In this document: positions 36,970 through 48,959 of the stretch, piece after piece
How positions within the stretch are numbered: position 1 is the first letter of the stretch
Layout: each line of letters opens with the position of its first letter
Origin: Tubiluchus corallicola
Lineage: Eukaryota; Animalia; Priapulida
Assembly: GCA_030141605.1 (NCBI GenBank)
Contig: JAQGDQ010000696.1
Location: forward strand, 1-64,000
Direction of reading: 5' to 3'
Length of the DNA stretch: 64,000 bases
Notes under the pieces: model-generated
What the model saw: only the letters and a program-made list of their open reading frames with translations
Database searches by the model: none
What the model was told of the DNA's origin: nothing
Program-made: the position numbers and the translations under genes

Positions 36970-37495
36970 AACGTATAGCTTTTACAAGCCAATTTATACA
37001 AACAATATCACCGAAATACAAATACAAACATTCGCATCAGAGTCATGGTTAATCAAAACGGTTTAAAGAAATTAATAACTTTATAAATTCGTCTACAAAC
37101 TAATATTTTCACAAACCACAGCTGCACTCTGCTGCAACTAACTGCGCTAACCAACAAATCGGGCTGCAAACGAGTTTCTTCTCTCATCTTAAAACACTCT
37201 CATTAAAAGGCAGTAACAGAATTCAGAGCGACCCGCGCGTCTAAGAATAAAACGCAACACATAATACATTTTATTGTGTGATAAAAGTGTAGATTACAAT
37301 ACGTTAAATGCACACATCGTAAAAATAATCAACTAGTTACTACAGTCACCATCAGAAACCTCTCTAATACTCAACGTCCGTCTAGCTTTTCTTATTGCAA
37401 ACTAAAACACAATTGTCTTGGAGCTTACAATACTAAAGTACGTTATAATAAGACATATACATATACATACATAATATATATATATATAATTATTA

Positions 37496-37533
<38 letters not shown>

Positions 37534-37565
37534 TATTATATAATTATATTATGTATGCATATGTC

Positions 37566-37604
<39 letters not shown>

Positions 37605-37795
37605 AAAAGCATTTGTACATATGGTTTACTATGGTTATTACTCAGGTAAGTATATCAGTTTTAGGCTCGCCTGAGGTTATGCTAACCCAGCCAGAACTGT
37701 TATTATTAATAACTAAATGCTATTTCCTGTTTCTCAAGAAATTTTCGGTACATCCTTTTATATTATTTCTAACTCCGTACTTATTAAGTTTATAA

Positions 37796-38900
37796 AAAAT
37801 ATTAATAAGCTCACTATGGGAAAAGTATTAAAACTTTTTTGAAATATAAAAAACATTACATCAACTGGCAGTCCATCATCATATATACATGTCCACTCAA
37901 CAAATATTGACAACTGACTGGTTAGAAATGAGCAACTATTTTTAAACCCATGTTGTTCATTACATAGCCCATCAAGCCATTAAACGCATTGTACTAAATT
38001 TTGTCTTATCAACTTCTCCATGGCTTTGCACACCTGTGATGTTAAGCTAACTGGTCTATAATTTTCCACATCTAATCCTTTACCTTTTTTAAAGGCAGGT
38101 GTAACATGTGCCATAAAATATTAATAAGCTCACTATGGGAAAAGTATTAAAACTTTTTTGAAATATAAAAAACATTACATCAACTGGCAGTCCATCATCA
38201 TATATACATGTCCACTCAACAAATATTGACAACTGACTGGTTAGAAATCAGCAACTATTTTTAAACCCATGTTGTTCATTACATAACCCATCAAACCATT
38301 CAACGCATTGTACTAAATTTTGTCTTATCAACTTTTCCATGGCTTTGCACACCTGTGATGTTAAGCTAACTGGTCTATAATTTTCCACATCTAATCCTTT
38401 ACCTTTTTTAAAGACAGGTGTACATGTGCCATTTTCCACATTTTAGCTTGTCCCAATGATAGGCGAAAAGTGCAAAAGAGCAGAAAATACACGAATTCAG
38501 CTGCCTCTTTTAGTACTTTAGGCTATTTAGTATTATATATCATCTGGACCTGCTGCCTTATTTTCATTAATATTAAGCAATAATTTCTTAACGTCATTTG
38601 GTGTAAAATATATATATTGTCTAACCTATTATTAAATACATCACCCTGATAATTAAATGGACTGAGTGCATTACTGTCAAAAATCAAATGTACAAAATCA
38701 TTAGACCATATCAAACCTTAATTATCTTCTTTAACACCAACTGACTGAAAAAATTTGTTTATTTCAATTGTTATTTCATGGTCAAGGTCTTCTTTGACCA
38801 TGGCCAAGGTTTTTTCAGCCTAGAAACAGCTGTGCGAATCTTGTTTCTACTATTCAGATAAAGATACGGCATTGTTCCTCTTTTTTATACATTCGAAGTA
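37796..38900 (-). mobile_element. CR1/L2-type LINE RT fragment containing a 319-bp tandem duplication (37796-38114 / 38115-38432)
   Basis: FKKGKGLDVENYRPVSLTSQVCKAMEKLIR...QHGF is present twice; about 7 differences between copies. Confidence 0.85.
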
Positions 38901-39299
38901 ACGTCTATGGGACTTTGATTCACGGTACCTATGAAAAGCATAAGATCTCGTTTCATCATTGTGATCTCATATTATCAAGATCTCTGGAACAGTGGTTTAG
39001 ATTTAGGCCGTTATCTTCTGAAACACAATAGAACGACCAGTGTGATAGAATGCAAGCAAAAAGTAACAGCACACGTACAATCATCAAAATGTGGTGTTGC
39101 TTCAGAACTGAAATACGACGCTTTGGAAAATAGATGGTTAAGTTGGTTGCTCGCAAAAATTTGCAACTATTGTTAGACTTCTTCACGACAACATAGAAGC
39201 CATTGTCTTGTGTGGTGGGACAAAAACTAACCTATTCATGATTCGAACAGAAGTCAACCAGTAATGCGTAGTGGCACCCACACTTTGTGAATTATATCT

Positions 39300-39930
39300 G
39301 CACACAATTAGCGCAGTTGTTGGTAATCACTGTCTACAATGTGGATGATTTTGCAGTAATTCAGCCATTCAGAAGCCACTCTTCAAACTACAGCGAATTT
39401 ATTCTCTGAAGCATATGCAAAGCTAGGATTTGTTCTTAACACAGACAAAATTAAAATACTGCATCAGCCCGCAGCCTGCATTAGGTCACCTGCTCCATCA
39501 ATCGTCATCAGTGGGGAAGTGTTGAAAAGTGTTGATCGTTTTTCCTGTTTTGGTAGTCATCTCTCACAGAAAGCCCACATTGATACAGAAGTACATCTTC
39601 AGCATAGAATTCAACACAGTTATTGTAATGGTTTATAATGCAATAGTCATACACACTTTATTATATGGATGTCAGGCTTGGACAACTAATAAAAGCAATT
39701 GCAGGCTTTTGAACAATATTAGGATCCGCCCATCTGGCATATTCTTCACATTTATTGGCAAGACAAGCGATCAAATGTCAGCATTCTGGAACAGGCTCAG
39801 TTAACCAACATTGTCAATGAATGCCAGAAAAGTATCTCCTTAAACAAAATCTGTACAGTGAACTTTCTTCAGGGGAAAAACAACAGATGATCAAAAATCC
39901 TACAAAGATGTCAGTAAAGAAACTTACAAT
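39300..39930 (+). mobile_element. Decayed RTE (BovB-like) LINE RT fragment
   Basis: HSEATLQ...FSEAYAKLGFVLNTDKIKILHQP, VDRFSCFGSHLS, TLLYGCQAWT, WQDKRSNVSILEQA. Confidence 0.75.
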
Positions 39931-40779
39931 TGTACTATTTGCAGTCGCATGAACTTACGTTTGCACCCTAACTGATTAATTATCAATTAGTAACACATTC
40001 AACTGATTTTTTCAGCTGAATTAATCAACTGTAAAAATATTTGTTTACAAGACTTACTAAGAAATTACTAATTTCTTAGTAAGAAAGAACTCACTAATTT
40101 CCTCTAATGGTTATTAAAAGCTAGTGATTATGGTAGTTAAAAATACTTACTAAAACCCCGCAGGAATCTAACTACATGCAGCAAAGTACCTATGTCATTA
40201 TCTGTGGCAGTATACTCAGGCGGACGCTACTGAGGCTTCTATATCTAATGTATTCTTTTGTCAAAATTGTATTCAGTGGTACATCATGTTCATTGATTCA
40301 AAGTCAATTCGGATTGCCACATGTTGCCATGTTGCCCATGCAAGATATTTGAATATGAGTGCAGGAAGACACTAGAATGTGCGGAATTAGACACACAAGT
40401 TCTTTGCGAACATTAGAACAAATGCTTAATTGAGTATTTGACGATGTAAAACCGTGAATAATAACTAAAAATGAAAGCGAATGGAATTGAGTGAAGCAAA
40501 TTCTTTGTTTGTCACCACCATCAATTATCCAATCAATTAGTTAGTAGATCGACTGATCATTTAGCCAATTAATCAAACAGAAGTTAGGCAAACACTCAAT
40601 GCGTACTTGAATTAGTTGGTTGATTGCTGTTGTCAGGGGGTCATCTTATTTTTACCCAACATAATTGCTTACAATTTAATCAATTATTTAGTTAAGTTTA
40701 CTTGAGCGGGTATATTTTAGGCTTCACTGCTGCTTCAGCATTAATTTTTCCATCGTTCCAACTTTCCATCGCTGACTGC

Positions 40780-41230
40780 CTATTTACGAATATGTTGTTG
40801 CCACAGATGTCGGAAATCAGCCTTTCCGATTACGTTTTTATAAAAAAGACCATAGAAAGATTTCTTCTTTCGCCGAACGCTTTATCTTAGGGTGCTAACT
40901 AAATCCTAGCTGGCAGTGTTTAGTTTTTTTGCTGTGTTTACGTGTTTTGAGGGCAGATTTCTTTTATTTTAGAGTTCTACCTGCCCAACTATCTACCATA
41001 GATGTAATGGGCATATGATGATGATTCATTTCAGTTTAACAAGTTTTTTATAAATGAATATAATAATTATCACATTTTCAAAGTATGATATTGTTATTTC
41101 ATACTAAGTCGTGTATACTATTTTTAGATAAGCGATGATGACCAATTTTTGATGCGTCAACGCCATTTCGAGGCTTTCTCCTTAGTCTTTGATCGTTAAT
41201 GCCTATACTATAGTTGTTAACTGTTAGTGT
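40780..41230. promoter_or_regulatory. Candidate promoter and non-coding first exon region for PRPF31, possibly bidirectional
   Basis: Locally CpG-richer unique DNA with CGGAA (ETS-like) motifs and YY1-like CGCCATTT at 41161-41168, upstream of the PRPF31 5'UTR acceptor. Confidence 0.35.
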
Positions 41231-41467
41231 TAGTGTTAATTGTGGTCTTGAGCTTAAAATTGCTCCTTTTATTTTTAACGGATTTAAATCATACTGTATA
41301 CGTAATATTGCCTAAATCATTGAAAAAGACCGATGTCAGGTTTTATCCATTCTTTATGCATGCTTTTTAACCATTGGGCTAAAAAGGCTATAGCCTTAGG
41401 CCCTATATTTCTGATTGGCCCTGAGTTCTGGACTGCTGACCAATTACAAAAAGATAATGCTTTTTAA

Positions 41468-42017
41468 AGGAAGACCGGACGATTGTTTAGACTCAATCTC
41501 ATTTTGATTTACTGTCCAAAATATACATTTTCTTGCCTATAAACGTTAACAATTGTTCCTTATATTTGAATAATTAGCTTAGAAAGTTAATTAAAGGCAA
41601 CCGAACACAGCTATTGCCTATGTCAGAAACTAACCACAGTTTCTGCAATAGCAGGCATCTTCCCTTATGCATCAAGCACATTTGCATGAGTGTTACAGTA
41701 CTGTTTAAATGCATGATGTCACGAAAAATGGGCTTTACATGATATGACGTCAGAAACAAACACTGCAGTTCATGATCATGCTTATCACGGTACCGCCTTC
41801 TAGTTGTCGGCCATGCGAATGTGACAAAAAGGTGTCTTTGCCAATCTTAGTAAATTTACAGAGCCGCAAATAGCTGTGAAAGTTTAACAAAATTAGAGTA
41901 TCCGAGGTAATTTTTATTTAATCTAAGCTTTGATTTAAAAAAAAACTATTGTATTTTTCAATATTTTAGAGCATTCTTTATTATGAACTAATGTTTACAC
42001 AATCATCCGTTTTTCCT
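41468..42017. mobile_element. Kolobok-like MITE, copy 2 (inverted relative to 2264-2810)
   Basis: ttaa|AGGAAGACCGGACGATTG ... CAATCATCCGTTTTTCCT|ttga; interior is the reverse-complement homologue of copy 1. Confidence 0.8.
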
Positions 42018-42285
42018 TTGATGAATGCCTTTGCTTTTTCTATTATTAACAACGTCATTATCTTATTGAGGGCTTTGTGAAACTGGGCCCAAGATAAAAT
42101 TATTAAGCTGAACATGCTAAAAACATTTGAGCGATTTAACCAATTTCAATTTTTTCACTGGGCACATTTGGAAACACAGCGGTTTGCCATAAAACATTTG
42201 GACAAGATAGCCTTGCCACTTAGACCATTTGAGTACTGTCTGTTTTTTTGACGAAAGGTATTTTAGGCACATAGATTATTTGGAC

Positions 42286-42717
42286 CAGGGCCGTCTTGAT
42301 ATATATGGGCACGCTGGACGTTGCCTTGGGCCCCACGAGCATGTTGTGGCTTGCAGTCAATAAATAAATACTATACTGAACTATAAATATTTGTTGTTTC
42401 ATAATGCACCATCCTATTGTTTGGATGGTGCATGCAAACTCATATGGTTTACCAATTGAGTATCATTTATAATTGAAATTTTTGTGTTTTTTCATGAGGC
42501 TCATGTTATATTCTTCAAACGAGTGTGTTGATTAATCTTTGCTGCATAGCATGATTTTAATGTTTAAAAAACACTTATCTTTGTTTGAAGTGCCAATACA
42601 ATAACTATATGTTTAATTTTTCGACCATTTATATTTTTATCCCTGTGAGTGATTGTGTAGGTAGGGGCCCCAGTGCATTGCTTTGCCCAAGTGTATAATG
42701 CTGTTAAGACTGCCTTG
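42286..42717. mobile_element. hAT-type MITE (CAGGGCCG termini)
   Basis: CAGGGCCGTCTTGA ... TTAAGACTGCCTTG; 8-bp flanks atttggac and attttgtc (6/8); internal ggggcccc motifs. Confidence 0.7.
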
Positions 42718-42859
42718 ATTTTGTCATAAGAATGTGATACTTGAAGAATAAGACATTTAGAAGTGTGCAAAATATTTTAGTCCAGTCAAATTAGCCCTAA
42801 AAATGTATGGCTGAATTTGTGCACAGACACCCAGAAAGTCTTCCAGAACAACTTATTAA

Positions 42860-43435
42860 AAATCCCCACGAACCACCCTGTGGAAAAAAGTCATGGGGCT
42901 TTAAATTCAAAATGGCCACCAATTTAGCATTAAAGTCAAAATAACTCAACTATATGGTATGTTCGACGGCACAAATATAAAACAAATAGAATCCACAAAT
43001 ATGTCTATACTCTATAAGTCATTATCTACGTTGTCAGACTCAGATACAGTATCAACCAGTTCCTCCTTGGCAGATGTAACCAGCTGCCACACAATAGAAG
43101 CCATGTGCTTGGCAAGAGCATGCAGCTGTACAAGATGTCTTGCACTTACACCGAACAACATTCAAGAGGGCTGGTGGAGCAGGAGCACTCTCAGTCGTAA
43201 TTGCTAAAAACTTGCCACTTTCATATTTATAACATCACTCTTTGAGATCGCAAGTTACAGAAGCTGAAAGTTTTTTCCCGATCATCACTTGGAGGTTTTC
43301 CGATAGGCCAAGTGCATGTTTATATCCGCCGGTAATACATTTACACCATCTCAAATGCTTCCTAGTCCAGTTATTTTGACTTTAGTGCTGCTTTGGTGGT
43401 CATTTTAAATGACCTCAACTTTGAGTGACCTTGAA
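42860..43435 (-). mobile_element. Internally deleted DNA transposon retaining a Cys-rich C-terminal transposase fragment (Academ-like)
   Basis: Inverted repeats 42908-42946 and 43369-43406. Minus frame reads DLKE*CYKYESGKFLAITTESAPAPPALLNVVRCKCKTSCTAACSCQAHGFYCVAA, a CXC/Cys8-type finger. Confidence 0.55.
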
Positions 43436-43664
43436 ACATTATTTCTCTTGCAGCAGTTACTTTATTTGATTTCATTAAGGTAATTCTTCCTTTTTTCTTA
43501 TAGTGTTTAGTTTATTTATTTTGTTTGTTGGTGTATATGTGTAATGCAACTATTGTTGTAGAGAACTAAATTGTATCGAATTTTTCTCAAGCTTGTTTTT
43601 TTGCAGGTCATCATAGTTTCCTCAAATTTCTGTTGGTACAAGTTTGCATTGACATTTTAACAAA

Positions 43665-45149
43665 ATGTCTTTAGCTGATGAATTATTGGCTGATCTCGAA
43701 GAAGCAGGTGAAGATGAGCTTGATGAAAGTTTGGATCTTAAAGCTGAAATTGAAGATGTCGAAGATATCATCATGGATGTGGATACTCACCAAGACAGTG
43801 TCCGATCTATTGCAAAACTATTGGACAGCAGTCACCTAAAAGAAATTTTGTCAAAAATGGCCCAAAGTAAAGTTAAGGATAAATTAATCCTTACTGGAAT
43901 TGTCGAACAAGACCCTGAATATATGCTTGTTGTCCAGGCTAATAATTTAACTGTTGACATAGACAATGAAATCAACATCATTCATAAATTTGTGAGAGAC
44001 AAATATTCTAAACGATTTCCTGAATTGGAAAGTCTAGTGACAACACCATTGGAGTATATTATGTCAGTAAAGGCCTTAGGAAACGATCTTGATGAAGCTA
44101 AAAATAACCAGATGTTAACAGAGATATTAACCAGTGCAACAATCATGGTGGTGAGTGTCACAGCTTCAACTACTCAAGGTTTATCACTAGCACATGAAGA
44201 ACTAGATACTATCGTTGAGGCGTGTGACATGGCAGTTGCTTTAAATGAATGCAAGCTCAAGATACTGGAATATGTTGAATCTCGCATGTCTTTTATTGCT
44301 CCCAACTTATCTATTATCGTCGGAGCTGCTACTGCTGCAAAGCTGATGGGCATTGCCGGTGGTTTGACTTCACTAGCAAAGATGCCAGCATGCAACGTAT
44401 TGGTGCTTGGTACTCAACGTCGAACACTGAGTGGCTTTTCCAGCGCTGCCATTATGCCGCACACTGGCTTTGTGTACTATAGCCCTATTGTTCAAGATAC
44501 TCCACCTGATCTGCGTAAAAAAGCAGCAAGACTTGTGGCTGCTAAATGCACTTTAGCTGCAAGAGTTGATGCTTGCCATGAGTCTCTAGATGGAAGAATG
44601 GGAGATGTCTTTAGAGAAGACATTGAAAAGAAGTTGGACAAACTACAGGAACCACCACCAGTTAAACAGGTGAAAGCCTTGCCTGCTCCTATAGACCAAC
44701 AGAAGAAAAAACGTGGAGGAAAGAGAGTGAGAAAACAAAAAGAGCGGCTTGGAATGAGCGAAGTGCGTAAGCAGGCAAACAGAATGAGCTTTGGTGAAAT
44801 AGAAGAAGATGCATACCAAGAAGACCTAGGGTTCTCTAAAGGCAACATAGGTAAAGGAGGAACAGGTCGAATCCGGGGACCTCAGATAGATGAGAAGACC
44901 ACAGTGAGAATATCCAAAAAGTTACAGAAAACGGTACAGAGAGCGCAGGCATATGGCATGCGCACAACATTTGGTGGAAAATCGACCATACGCGGCGCTG
45001 TTTCCGGTTTCGCCTCTAGTGTGGCATTCACACCACTACAAGGTCTGGAAATAACGAATCCAGGTGCTGCAGAGAAGAGGCAAGATGATGCCAGCCAAAA
45101 GTACTTTTCAGCAAAATCTGGTTTTCTCAGCTTAACTAAAAGTGTGTAA
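43665..45149 (+). CDS. PRPF31: U4/U6 snRNP protein Prp31, 494 aa, CDS in a single exon
   Basis: MSLADELLADLEE, YSKRFPELESL, NOP domain (IAPNLSIIVGA...AKMPACN...AKCTLAARVD), KKRGGKRVRK NLS, RKQANRMSFG, SSVAFTPLQGLEI. Acceptor tttttttgcag ends at 43606; AATAAA at 45315. Confidence 0.98.
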   Translation: MSLADELLADLEEAGEDELDESLDLKAEIEDVEDIIMDVDTHQDSVRSIAKLLDSSHLKEILSKMAQSKVKDKLILTGIVEQDPEYMLVVQANNLTVDIDNEINIIHKFVRDKYSKRFPELESLVTTPLEYIMSVKALGNDLDEAKNNQMLTEILTSATIMVVSVTASTTQGLSLAHEELDTIVEACDMAVALNECKLKILEYVESRMSFIAPNLSIIVGAATAAKLMGIAGGLTSLAKMPACNVLVLGTQRRTLSGFSSAAIMPHTGFVYYSPIVQDTPPDLRKKAARLVAAKCTLAARVDACHESLDGRMGDVFREDIEKKLDKLQEPPPVKQVKALPAPIDQQKKKRGGKRVRKQKERLGMSEVRKQANRMSFGEIEEDAYQEDLGFSKGNIGKGGTGRIRGPQIDEKTTVRISKKLQKTVQRAQAYGMRTTFGGKSTIRGAVSGFASSVAFTPLQGLEITNPGAAEKRQDDASQKYFSAKSGFLSLTKSV

Positions 45150-46240
45150 ATAATAGCCTCCAAATCGACATGAATCAGATGCAAACCAAGAACAAATGTA
45201 TCAGATTTCGGCTATGCTGCTCTAATTTGTAATTAATATTTTTCAAAAATGATACTTTACGTGCTACATGTTTAAACATGCTTTCCTGCAGTAAAAGTTG
45301 TAATACTATACACTAATAAAAAAACCTGAAATTTTGGTAAATTAGGCAAGTTAGTACTAGATATTTTTACCGATATAATTATACTGTAACTGAAGAACCA
45401 CAGTAACGGTGTACATATCATACATATGGTATGCCTACGTTTAATAATGCAAACGATAACACATCCTAGTGTCACAAGGTCATTTAATACTTAAATCTTA
45501 CGCTGAACCAAACCAGTTACGCTTTCGAAGTTAAGTTTTTTCTATTTCGTTGCTAGAAGTTTCGTTCTAGGTATAACACAATGGTCCTTCAAGCTTTAGC
45601 AAAATGTTAGATGTACATATATCACACCAATATTAATTTGAAATTAAATTGGCTTCCTTGATAATTATGGAGCATGTCAGTTATAAATAAATTGTTTAAA
45701 GTGACAGTACTGTTAGTTGTTTCAACCGTTCCTCCTACAAGCAACTTTTTTGCCAGTGCAATGCTATGCAGTATACACAATAAATCTTCTACAGTTAACA
45801 ACACAAGGAAACATTGTATAGGCCTCTTACAAATATTTCTCTCTAAAAATTTGTTCTTAGTTAGACATATCATGATATCAAAGTGTTGTATCCCAAGCAA
45901 TATATAGAGGTAATTTGCTAAAAAAGCATATTAAATGTTTGTAAATAATTTGTAGAAGCTGCCAAGTCAAGAGAGTCAATAGTCAAAGAATTTCCAGCCT
46001 TCCAATGCATCAAAATCTCAAATGTCCTATCAAAACCTAAAAGCTTTGTGACTTCACAATATGCTCTAAATGCAGCAGCATTCTGTAAAACATTGAACAT
46101 TTGGTTTTGACATCACATAGTCATAAGTTTTCTGTTAATGCATCCTAAGAACAAAACGATTAATTTGTTAAGATAGAATTGACAAAAAGGGATGTGGTGT
46201 ACCAAACCAAAAGCAAGCTACAAATGGGTACTTCAGAAAG

Positions 46241-46271
<31 letters not shown>

Positions 46272-46897
46272 AGCTTATAATTGCACTGTAAGCAAATGAT
46301 GAATATTTTATCTTAATATAATAAGATTAACCCTATTTTTGTTATTACTTTTTATTTCACTTGCATGTACATACTTTTGTTACTACACTCTATATTTCTG
46401 TAAAAAGGGATTACCAATATAACAAAATGGGTGAAAAGCCTGCCTAGACACGCGCATATGTATAAAATCGTATATGCATATTACATTAAAATTATGCAAG
46501 TTCAATATAATATGTAAATACTAAATGTAGTGTCAGAATATTTAAATTGGATATATTAAATAAGCAATGTCAGCTAAGCTTAGCATCTAATGTCACTTGC
46601 CAGCACTACTAATTTCAACCAGGGGTTATATCCTTTTTAACCATAAAAAGGTTGCACTAGCAGGAACACCAACACGTATACACCACAGACACAATTACAT
46701 GTACACCATGTAAATATTTCAGCATGTCACAGAAAATGTTCACATAAGTACTGTAGCTTTACTCCTGCAGCACTAATACAATGCCTCAAAAATAAACAGC
46801 TCCACTGCATGTATGTACACACTGCAAAAGCTTTGCAATTATTGAACAAATCACACTTTTTAACATAGTGACCTCAAGCATCAGCGAATGTACACAA

Positions 46898-48388
46898 TTA
46901 CATCTCTTCTAATTCATCCAAACCTTCTTCTGCAAAGTTTCCGACTGTAACTTGAGATGGTCTAACAAAGCTACCATATTTTGGTTCACATTCAAAGTAT
47001 CTGTTCCCTTTCACACTCCCATCATTCTTCCCTAAAGGTTCATCTAATTTAACTCCAACCCAGTAACCACTTTGAAATTCAGTTCTTCCAACAAACATCA
47101 CTGTCCCTAATCGCACTGGTTGCTTTGGTACTGTCACTTGACAACGAAAACCAACTTTTATTTTTTCTGCCAGTGATTTTTCTAACTGTTCAGTGTCTAC
47201 TAATTTCTGTGCTTGAGCTTCTGGATCAGCAAATCGACCTAACTTGTTTCGTTCTTTAAATGCTCTAACTGAATCAGTCCGCTCTGCATATGCACTGTCT
47301 GGAAGTTCATATTTTTCCACCTGCAAAAAGGCAAAGAGAGATAAATTTTAAAACAATAATCTGTTATGTGTACAATAAGTGTGCTACAAGAATAATATTA
47401 ACATTATTAATAATCTGTTATGTTGTAAAGGCGTGCTATAATAATAATATTAGGTTGCCAAAATCTGACATATTTGGAAAGATTAAAATATTGCAGTTCG
47501 ACTACAGTTGAATTAAGTAGACATCATGGAGACCTTATTGAAGTTTATAAAATATTAACTAGAAAAGAAAACATTTTGCCCGAACAATTCTTTAATTTAG
47601 TTGTTGTTGATTCTAAAACTAGAGGACATAATTTAAAACTGCTTAAAGAGCAATCACGTCTTGACATTTGTAAATATTCATTTTCTGTGAGAGTTGTGAA
47701 TGAATGGAATAATCTGCCCGCCATGGTGATTGCTGCACCAACCACAGTGAAGTTTAAATCCTTAATCGACAATTATTTTGCGGAAAAATATGGGGGTTCT
47801 ATGAGTGTACCCGCTTAACCTCTAATCATGGCAGTATAACGGTAAGTATCATTAACATTGTTATATTTACGAAAGGTCTTTCGGAGTTCAGCTCTGGTTG
47901 GCCACCATACATACAATTGATACTGAGGGGGGTAGAAGATTACACGCCAGCCTGCTCAAAAACGAATTTAGTTAAGACTTCAATTCTTTTTAATGAACAA
48001 TGCCAAAAAAAAGGTCACAGCATTCTGTTAAACGTAAATGCTTACGGGTCAAGTAAATTAAAGGACCTGAAAACAAATTTACCTTTGATAAATCTTCAAA
48101 TTCTCCAGATGGCAAAGTTGAGTCCTCCACGTGGATTATCATACCATCGTCTGGTAAATATGATTCTAAAAGCTCATCGTCATTCGCCATATTTTTCACG
48201 AATTTACCTTCTTTGCTGCGCAACTGCAATTTCATATTGCATGGCAGCGATCCGGTAAGTAATTCTAATTTGCCTTTTAATTCTGCTATACTGATATTTT
48301 TATCAAATCGTCTCTCCGAGCCAAAAGAATTCGTAGAACTTGTTACCAAAACTTTCACAAAACCTTGCTCCATTGTGGAAACAGACAT
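46898..48388 (-). CDS. TBCB: Tubulin-folding cofactor B (ubiquitin-like plus CAP-Gly)
   Basis: Exons 48388-48083 (alternative in-frame ATG at 48454) and 47320-46898, phase-0 GT-AG intron. Motifs: [28 protein letters not shown]|[24 protein letters not shown]-terminal EEM. Confidence 0.95.
47460..47850 (+). mobile_element. CR1 LINE 3'-end fragment in the TBCB intron
   Basis: [10 protein letters not shown]...[34 protein letters not shown]...FKSLID. Confidence 0.85.
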
Positions 48389-48539
48389 GTCTAAGATATT
48401 TTTAATGCAGTCAATATCGGAAATCTTTGCAGTTTCTGACTCATTCCGGTACATTGTTTCGTTGTTTCATCGGTGTCCACTCTATCTGGTTAGAGAGCAC
48501 AAATGAAAATCACCATGTAGGACACAAGTAACGTAATCA

Positions 48540-48925
48540 ATCTTGATGCTTTATAAACTGTTTATGACCATTGCTAATTTGACTAAATTTCCAGTGCGAC
48601 ACCTTTTTCTTGTTTCCATTGCTATTTCAACAAATTCCACCAACTGCTTCGCTATTTGTGGATCTTCTGACTCAATTAGATTTTGGAAATTCACTTCTGT
48701 AGTTGGTAACACATTTCTTATCACCGTACATTTGAATAGATGCTCTGTCGTATCTTCTTCTTTACCACATAGTGAGCACCACAGATCTTCTTCAAACTTA
48801 CTTCTATAATTACATTTTAGTGGTAGCATACTAAGCTTTAACTCTAAAACCATTTTTGTCTACTATGGTGTTAACTCAGTTATATACTGTTTGGGTTCAT
48901 CTATCATACACTGTCGCCACTTCTT
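48540..48925 (-). mobile_element. LINE ORF2 C-terminal CCHC fragment
   Basis: KCNYRSKFEEDLWCSLCGKEEDTTEHLFKC zinc-knuckle pattern. Confidence 0.65.
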
Positions 48926-48959
48926 TCTTATTCAAATAATAAAAAAAATCAATGAATAT

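Noticed and set aside
44174-45184. Minus-strand ORFs overlapping PRPF31
   Set aside because: Antisense shadows of a real coding sequence.
45622-46150. Short minus-strand ORFs and an acceptor-like site between PRPF31 and TBCB
   Set aside because: No recognisable domain, stops follow the acceptor, and TBCB has a poly(A) signal upstream (about 46351).
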